Program-made: the position numbers and the translations under genes | Notes under the pieces: generated by a model | Told to the model about the DNA's origin: nothing | Databases searched by the model: none | The model's input: only the letters and a program-made list of their open reading frames with translations | Source: Clostridia bacterium | Lineage (GTDB): Bacteria > Bacillota > Clostridia > UMGS1883 > UMGS1540 | Assembly (NCBI GenBank): GCA_045533905.1 | Contig: JAZSIR010000001.1 | Span: 32,001 to 96,000, forward strand | Length of the DNA stretch: 64,000 nucleotides | Direction: 5' to 3' | Shown: piece after piece, positions 57,954 through 64,000 of the stretch | Numbering within the stretch: the stretch's first letter is position 1 | Layout: every line of letters begins with the position of its first letter

Positions 57954-59078
57954 TCAATATATCATTGCATTAAATACAGCCTCTTCAAATCGACGTGCTG
58001 AACTATTTCCTGCTCCTCCATCAAATCTGGAGTTTTTCATAAATACTGCGCAAATATCATTTTTAGGATCTACCCAAAAGTGAGATCCATAAGCTCCACT
58101 CCACCCAAAACTTCCAACAGATAAATGCGGATATTCCTCATCCGTGATAACACGCACACCTAACCCCCATTTTTGATAGCCCGGCATAATTTTTTCCGAC
58201 ACATAGGCTTTTGAAAGCTTGTTGATTGCCTGTTCAGATACAATTCGATTATTGTTTATTTCCCCTTTATTTAAAAGCATTTGTGCAAAGTTTGAATAAT
58301 CATCTAGTGTGGACACCAATCCGGCACCTGCAAGCCTGTGTTCACAAGGAAATCTTTCAAACACACACCCGGAATAAGTTATACCAATATCATTTTTTTC
58401 ATCAACTTTGTTATGCATCATCATAAGCTGTTTCCATTGTTTTTCCGTTGGTGAAAAAGTTGTGTTTAACATATTGCACGGAACAAAAATTTCATTTTTC
58501 AAAAAAGTTTCATAGTCTTGTTTTGTTACATATTCAACAATCGCCGCAAGCACATCAAAAGCGGCAAACGCACTATATGCTTGCTTTGTAAATGGTTCAA
58601 AATCCAGTCCTGCGTTTATATAACACTTTACTGTATTTGAAATAGTTTCCCTATCATCCTCAGACATAGCAATAATCTTATCACTACCAAATCCGGATGT
58701 ATGTGTCAAGCAATGTAAAATTGTTACCGGTGTTTTTGTTTTTCCTAAATCTGCGCCATCGGAAGTTATAACATGTATATCTTCAAATTCAGGGATATAT
58801 TTACTAACAGGTTCATCAAGAGAAATCAATCCTCTATCAACCAAAATCAGTATTGCCACTGCTGTTATTGGTTTTGTCATCGAAGCAAGACGATATATCG
58901 TGGTGTCATCCACCTGTTCTTTACCATCAATGCTTGTATGCCCAAAATGTTTCTTCAATACCACTTCGCCATTCTGATATACAAAATAAGATGATCCAAA
59001 CAAATTATTGTTTGTTAAATCAAATGTTGCAATTTTCTCAACATTGTGTTTGAGTTTTTCTTTGTTCAACAGTCTCAT
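57954..59078 (-). CDS. Serine hydrolase, beta-lactamase family
   Basis: ASMTK (SxxK), LTHTSG, FGWSGAYG; no signal peptide. Confidence 0.92.
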   Translation of the reverse strand: MRLLNKEKLKHNVEKIATFDLTNNNLFGSSYFVYQNGEVVLKKHFGHTSIDGKEQVDDTTIYRLASMTKPITAVAILILVDRGLISLDEPVSKYIPEFEDIHVITSDGADLGKTKTPVTILHCLTHTSGFGSDKIIAMSEDDRETISNTVKCYINAGLDFEPFTKQAYSAFAAFDVLAAIVEYVTKQDYETFLKNEIFVPCNMLNTTFSPTEKQWKQLMMMHNKVDEKNDIGITYSGCVFERFPCEHRLAGAGLVSTLDDYSNFAQMLLNKGEINNNRIVSEQAINKLSKAYVSEKIMPGYQKWGLGVRVITDEEYPHLSVGSFGWSGAYGSHFWVDPKNDICAVFMKNSRFDGGAGNSSARRFEEAVFNAMIY

Positions 59079-59181
59079 GTTTTGTTTCTCCTTTTATTTA
59101 CTAAAAAATGTTGTTAATAGTTCATATAAACTTATGTCTAAAAAATGTATAAACAAATTTTAAGTTATCTCCGGACATCTA

Positions 59182-60030
59182 TCAATACAGCCCCACATCC
59201 ACAAAAACCGGCGAATGATCAGACAAAGGTAGGTAATAATCCGGGGTATACCGTTCAAAACGATGCACAAAACCTGCCGGTGAAAATTTCACCATAATAT
59301 GATCTATTCCTTTTTCAAACGGTGCTCTCACATAAGGCTTGTAGCCATCGCCAAAACAATAGTGGTAGCCCCAATCCTGGTCAGCAAAATCCGTGGCAAT
59401 ATCGTGGGCGTGTGCATAACCTCTGCTTAGCGCATTTTGAATTACAGAGCTTGTGTATCTTGCGTTAAAATCGCCCACCAAAACCACAGGACAGTTGTAT
59501 ATGTTATGAAATTTCTCCAGACGGTCCATTGCCATGTTCAGTTGGTAAACTCTCGCCTCATCAGAACCTGCCTGATAGTTTTTTGAATCAGAACTACCAC
59601 TCATCCACCAAAGATGGGTAGTCATAAAAACAAGCTTTTTCCCGTCTGTTTTATCTTGAAACACAGCACAGCACCATGATTTTGTTCCGTTGTTGTTGAA
59701 TTCGCCATCCCAGCCCGGAACTTCCGTAGGGTACATCAAAAAATCAGAATCCAACAGCTCCAGTCGCTCCTGACGATACAGTACCGGAGTATCTTTACCC
59801 CACAGCAAGGCATAACAATACCCCTGCTCCAACAGCCCCTGAATAATATGATCAGACATAACATGTGACATTTCTTGGAAACCAATGATGTCGGGCTGTG
59901 TATCAGCATAAACCCGTACCATCCCCTTTGCCCTTGCAATCGCAGAACAATCTTCTCCTTTTATTTCCCATGCAGGGAGATTGTTGTCACACTTCCAAAC
60001 ATTGTGACTCATAATACGCAACTTCCCCAT
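59182..60030 (-). CDS. Endonuclease/exonuclease/phosphatase family protein
   Basis: MSHNV, DIIGFQE, GDFNA, IDHI, SDHSPV. Confidence 0.92.
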   Translation of the reverse strand: MGKLRIMSHNVWKCDNNLPAWEIKGEDCSAIARAKGMVRVYADTQPDIIGFQEMSHVMSDHIIQGLLEQGYCYALLWGKDTPVLYRQERLELLDSDFLMYPTEVPGWDGEFNNNGTKSWCCAVFQDKTDGKKLVFMTTHLWWMSGSSDSKNYQAGSDEARVYQLNMAMDRLEKFHNIYNCPVVLVGDFNARYTSSVIQNALSRGYAHAHDIATDFADQDWGYHYCFGDGYKPYVRAPFEKGIDHIMVKFSPAGFVHRFERYTPDYYLPLSDHSPVFVDVGLY

Positions 60031-60170
60031 AAAAATTCCTCCAATAATTTTTTGATATGTGTAAAAAAACACTTTGACTTTCAATATATTTTGATATATT
60101 CACTCTATAAACTCGTGTTAAGTCAAAAGCGAAAAACATTACCGTTCTGCATCTTCATTAAGTGTTTCAA

Positions 60171-60224
60171 TATAAAAACTTGTCCTTCTTTCAAATCTCA
60201 CGTATGCTCAATCGGATTTTCGTA
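60171..60224 (-). pseudogene. Short remnant resembling a TIGR04076-family protein
   Basis: YENPIEHT*DLKEGQVFI, recalled family motif YENPIEHACD..EGQVF with Cys replaced by a stop. Confidence 0.4.
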
Positions 60225-60258
60225 TATAATTCGTGGCCGATTCAGTTGCGGGCACTTC

Positions 60259-62283
60259 TCAGCTAATAACAGCTTTTTTCAAAACAACAACTCCATAAGG
60301 TTTTATCATTTCTTCTTCGAAATTGCCGCTTATAATTTCATAACCGGCTGGCAAATTCACCTTCTTTTCCTCATTATTGAAATTCATAATAAAAATGTAA
60401 TTATTGTTTGAGGAATAGCGCATTGTTACGCTTACATTTTCAGGCGTTTCGAAAACCTTATCAGCTGATATAATGTCCTTAAGCCATTCTTTATACAATT
60501 TTATATACCCATCAGTCATTAAATCCGTAGCTATGTAATATGCCTTACCTTTGCCATATTCATTTACTGTTACGGCAGGCATATCTTTATAAAAATCTTC
60601 ACAGTATTTTCCTATTACCGTCGCTCCTTCGAGGTATGCAAGCTCGCAATATTTCTCACTTCGGTATGACGTACCAAACATTTTGACAAAATTATACTGA
60701 CCGTCATACAGCGAATCCGTTTCCTCCGTCTTTACACCAAGTAATTTTCGCAAAGGATAACACTCTTTATCAAAAAAGCTCAGACCATATTCATCCACAA
60801 CGCCTGTTCCGAAAGTGGTTACAAAAATCCCGCCGTTTTTTACATAATCCTCGATTTTTTCTTTCAGACCATTTTTTAACATAAAAAGCATCGGTGCAAT
60901 GACAACTTTATATTTCGAGAAATCGTCATTTTCAAAAACAAAATCACAGCCTATATTAAGCTGCCACAATGCTCCGTAGTTTTTCATAAGAGTATCTGAA
61001 TATCCTTTATCCTCGTCTATATTTCTGTATGCCTGCGAAATTCTCAAACTCCAGAAACTGTCGTAATCGAACAGAATCGCCACTTCATTTCGTGTAAGTG
61101 AACTTGCAATTTCTCCAATGTTTTTGAGCTCTTCTCCCACCTCTGCAACTTCTCTGAATACTCTCGTATCCTCACTGTTATCATGCCCGACAACAGCACC
61201 GTGGAACTGCTCGGACTGGCCTCTGCTTTTTCTCCACTGGAAATACTGAACGGTATTGCTGCCATGAGCAACCGCCTGCATCGATGCCAAAAGGTGCATG
61301 CCCGGGCGTCTTAACCTTGAAACCGCCTGCCAGTTTGTTGCAGAAGGTGAGCTTTCCATCAACATAAACGGCTTATCCTTTTTAAATGAGTTGAACAGCG
61401 AATGAAACAATGCAGTTTCAGCTGCCTCTTTGTATTCGTTATCACTTGAATGCCATGCCGGGTAATTATCCCAAGATATAACATCTATGCTTTTTGAAAG
61501 CTTGGCATAGTCAATTTCCCAGAATCTCATAAAATTCGTCGTAACGGGAATATCCGGATTTATTCTCTTTACTGCAGCTGCTTCGCAGTCAAGAAAATCC
61601 TGCAGCATAGAATTTTTAAACCTGACCCACTCCAGTTTAAGAGGATTGGAAGAATTTTCTCCGTGTTGCCCCGGAGGCTCAATCTGCGAAAAGCTCTGAT
61701 ATGTATGCGACCAAAACCCATTCCACCATTTTTCATTAAGGCTATCTATGGTTTTATACTTATTTTCAAGCCATTTTCTGAAATTTTCACAGCACAACGG
61801 GCAATGGCAATCCCGTACATTATATTCATTGGAAATATGCCACATCAAAATACCCGGATGATTTGAATATCTTTCAGCAAGCTTTGTGTTGATTATTCTC
61901 ACTTTTTCTCTGTATACAGGCGATGAATAGCAGTTGTTGTGACGGTTTCCGAATCTGTCTCTTATTCCGTCCTCCTGCACACGTTTTACTTCCGGATATT
62001 TTTCAGCCATCCATGCAGGCATTGCACCGGACGGTGTCGCAAGTATTGTATATATACCGTTTTCATAAAGAGTATCTATAATTTTATCAAGCCATTCGAA
62101 TTCAAAAACGCCTTCCTTCGGCTCAAGCCTGGACCATGCAAAAATCCCTACCGACATAACATTACAGCCGGACTTTTTCATCAGCTCAATATCCTTTTCA
62201 AGAACTTCAGGATAACTGAGCCATTGGTCAGGGTTATAATCACAACCGTGCCATATACCTCTTAATTTTTGATTAATGTTCAT
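60259..62283 (-). CDS. Beta-galactosidase, GH42
   Basis: GCDYNPDQW, FAWSRLEP, WHISNEY, SWDNYP, FMLMES. Confidence 0.95.
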   Translation of the reverse strand: MNINQKLRGIWHGCDYNPDQWLSYPEVLEKDIELMKKSGCNVMSVGIFAWSRLEPKEGVFEFEWLDKIIDTLYENGIYTILATPSGAMPAWMAEKYPEVKRVQEDGIRDRFGNRHNNCYSSPVYREKVRIINTKLAERYSNHPGILMWHISNEYNVRDCHCPLCCENFRKWLENKYKTIDSLNEKWWNGFWSHTYQSFSQIEPPGQHGENSSNPLKLEWVRFKNSMLQDFLDCEAAAVKRINPDIPVTTNFMRFWEIDYAKLSKSIDVISWDNYPAWHSSDNEYKEAAETALFHSLFNSFKKDKPFMLMESSPSATNWQAVSRLRRPGMHLLASMQAVAHGSNTVQYFQWRKSRGQSEQFHGAVVGHDNSEDTRVFREVAEVGEELKNIGEIASSLTRNEVAILFDYDSFWSLRISQAYRNIDEDKGYSDTLMKNYGALWQLNIGCDFVFENDDFSKYKVVIAPMLFMLKNGLKEKIEDYVKNGGIFVTTFGTGVVDEYGLSFFDKECYPLRKLLGVKTEETDSLYDGQYNFVKMFGTSYRSEKYCELAYLEGATVIGKYCEDFYKDMPAVTVNEYGKGKAYYIATDLMTDGYIKLYKEWLKDIISADKVFETPENVSVTMRYSSNNNYIFIMNFNNEEKKVNLPAGYEIISGNFEEEMIKPYGVVVLKKAVIS

Positions 62284-62407
62284 AAGTAGCACCTCATCCT
62301 ATTATTTATAAATATGTTTTATGTAATTAAGCGACAACTACGTCACCATAAATTCTCGTTGCCGTAAGTCTCTTATCAAGTCAAGAGCAAAATCTAACTG
62401 CCCCAAA

Positions 62408-62995
62408 TTACAATTCGATAAGATACGCCCTCGTGGGGGCGCCGTCAAAACCTGCAAGGTTTAAAGGGGCGGCGTTTAAGAAGTATTTCCCTTCGGGCGC
62501 ATTTTTTAGGACAATGCCTTCGAGAAGCACGACGTCTGCGCCGAGGAGGATTTTATGTACTTCCATAGGCGCATCGATAGGCCCCACGGTTTGCCCTTCG
62601 TTTCCAAGGAGTAAAAGCGGCGCTTTGGCAAAAACCGCGGCGGCTTCCGCCGTGACGGTGACAGTGCCGCGAAGCAAAATGCGCTCTGCCGCGCCGTGAG
62701 CGCGCGCCTTTTCGAGGATACGCTCCGCATCCGCGGCAAAAAGCTCGCCTTTACAGTCGACAACAAAGCAGGCGCCAACAACACGAAAAAGGTCTATCTC
62801 CTCCACTGTTTTGCCGTCCTTTATAAAATGAAACGGCGCGTCGATATGTGTGCCGCTGTGCGCGCACATAGAAAAAGCAGAAAGGTTATAAAGTGCGCCC
62901 TCCTCCATCCGCATAAGCTGCGAGGCCGCGGGGCGAGGGTCACCGGGGTAAACGTCTGCGGCGAGTGCCTCCTGCGAAATATCGATAACCTTCAA
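62408..62995 (-). CDS. Cyclase (kynurenine formamidase-like) family protein
   Basis: HSGTHIDAPFHF, DGAPTRA; TTG start. Confidence 0.9.
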   Translation of the reverse strand: MKVIDISQEALAADVYPGDPRPAASQLMRMEEGALYNLSAFSMCAHSGTHIDAPFHFIKDGKTVEEIDLFRVVGACFVVDCKGELFAADAERILEKARAHGAAERILLRGTVTVTAEAAAVFAKAPLLLLGNEGQTVGPIDAPMEVHKILLGADVVLLEGIVLKNAPEGKYFLNAAPLNLAGFDGAPTRAYLIEL

Positions 62996-63011
62996 AGGGA
63001 TGCCCCCTTTC

Positions 63012-63662
63012 CTATACTGCAAAAAGAATGAAGCCTATTGTGTTTGTGGCAAAGTTTGCAAACATATGGATAAGCCACGAAAGATATATATTCCCGTGCT
63101 TTTCGTCACACAAATTAAATAGCAGGCCGCCGACGAAGATCCCCGCAAGGGATAAAAGCACCACGGGAAGGCTAAACCAGCCGAGCATCATCGCAATATG
63201 ATAGAGTGCAAAGGCTATGCTGCTGAAGAAAAAGGCAAATTTCCGGGAAGTGTATTTTCGAAGTGCCAGAAACGAAAATCCGCGGAAGAAAAATTCTTCC
63301 AGAAAAGAATTGACGAATGAAATATACAGCGCCACCCACAGGAAATTGGATGTATTGACGCCCGTAGTCTCGCCAAGGCTTTTGGTGAGGGCAGAAAAGT
63401 CGAACACGTTCCGGAAAATAAGGTAGCCGCCTACGATGATGGCATACACGAGGATGCCGAGGAATATGGCCATAAAAAGACCTTTTTTATCCGGTTTCAA
63501 AAACGGTTTTACCGCCCCGCGGCACCACAAAGCGGGTATGCCGAGAAACAGCACCATTTTAATGGCGGATTTTATGATATAGCCCGGCTGCCAGACAGCA
63601 TCGACAAGCCCCATCAGCGTGCAGGCTGCGAGGACAAGCACGGGAATTTTCCATTTTTTCAT
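63012..63662 (-). CDS. CPBP family intramembrane metalloprotease
   Basis: LEEFFFRG, FALYH, IHMFAN. Confidence 0.92.
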   Translation of the reverse strand: MKKWKIPVLVLAACTLMGLVDAVWQPGYIIKSAIKMVLFLGIPALWCRGAVKPFLKPDKKGLFMAIFLGILVYAIIVGGYLIFRNVFDFSALTKSLGETTGVNTSNFLWVALYISFVNSFLEEFFFRGFSFLALRKYTSRKFAFFFSSIAFALYHIAMMLGWFSLPVVLLSLAGIFVGGLLFNLCDEKHGNIYLSWLIHMFANFATNTIGFILFAV

Positions 63663-63689
63663 TCCGCCCCGCTCCTTTCTCGAGAAGGC

Positions 63690-64000
63690 TTATTTATCCT
63701 TATAGTAATCACCCAACACAATGATATCGTTTACTTCCATACTGGCCCGCACGCGTTCGCTCTGCTTTGCGATATATACCTCTTCCTCCGGCGAGAACGC
63801 GTGTTCTTCCTTCGGGATATAGTGCATACGGTCGTCCATCCAGGCAGACGTTTCAAAGTAGGCAAAGCCCGGATTTTCGGGTGCGAGCACATCGTTGCCG
63901 ATATATTTGCCGCTTTTATCAAGACCGAAGAGGTTTGCGATGGTGGGCAGCCAGTCCACCGTCATCATCGGTTTGGAAACCTCATTATTTTTCATTCCCT
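63690..64000 (-). CDS. C-terminus of a sulfatase/LTA-synthase-like protein (partial)
   Basis: VDWLPTIANLFG, YIGNDVL; continues beyond the window. Confidence 0.65.
   Translation of the reverse strand, partial: GMKNNEVSKPMMTVDWLPTIANLFGLDKSGKYIGNDVLAPENPGFAYFETSAWMDDRMHYIPKEEHAFSPEEEVYIAKQSERVRASMEVNDIIVLGDYYKDK

Noticed and set aside
57954-59078. Antibiotic-resistance beta-lactamase
   Set aside because: No signal peptide; motifs fit cytoplasmic esterase-like serine hydrolases.

Overview
Chromosomal window of a spore-forming Clostridia-type (Bacillota) bacterium. The core (3.2-54 kb) is mostly housekeeping and metabolic genes: murA, lgt, cca, rpmB, mutL, spoVG, murC, trxB, fucI, purC and gdhA, plus three SLH surface proteins. 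Two accessory zones stand out. (1) Bases 1-3191 on the minus strand hold an uninterrupted reading frame of about 1060 codons that the ORF track missed because it runs off the window edge. It encodes a phage-type polyvalent protein: a zincin-like peptidase motif, an LPD3-like domain, a small unknown domain and a PBECR-like RNase domain, separated by xSLK linkers. Its linkers double as expression units. Two putative RNase domains each carry an antisense sigma-A promoter, an ~80-nt three-way-junction RNA and a matching antisense terminator. The small domain carries an internal sense promoter and an overprinted 78-aa ORF with its own RBS. I read this as a candidate system of toxin modules with built-in antitoxins. 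(2) About 54.2-62.3 kb is an AT-richer array of co-oriented single genes separated by related repeats, including a DUF559 nuclease gene between inverted REP-like hairpins and several gene remnants. All family assignments come from motif recognition by eye; no searches were run.
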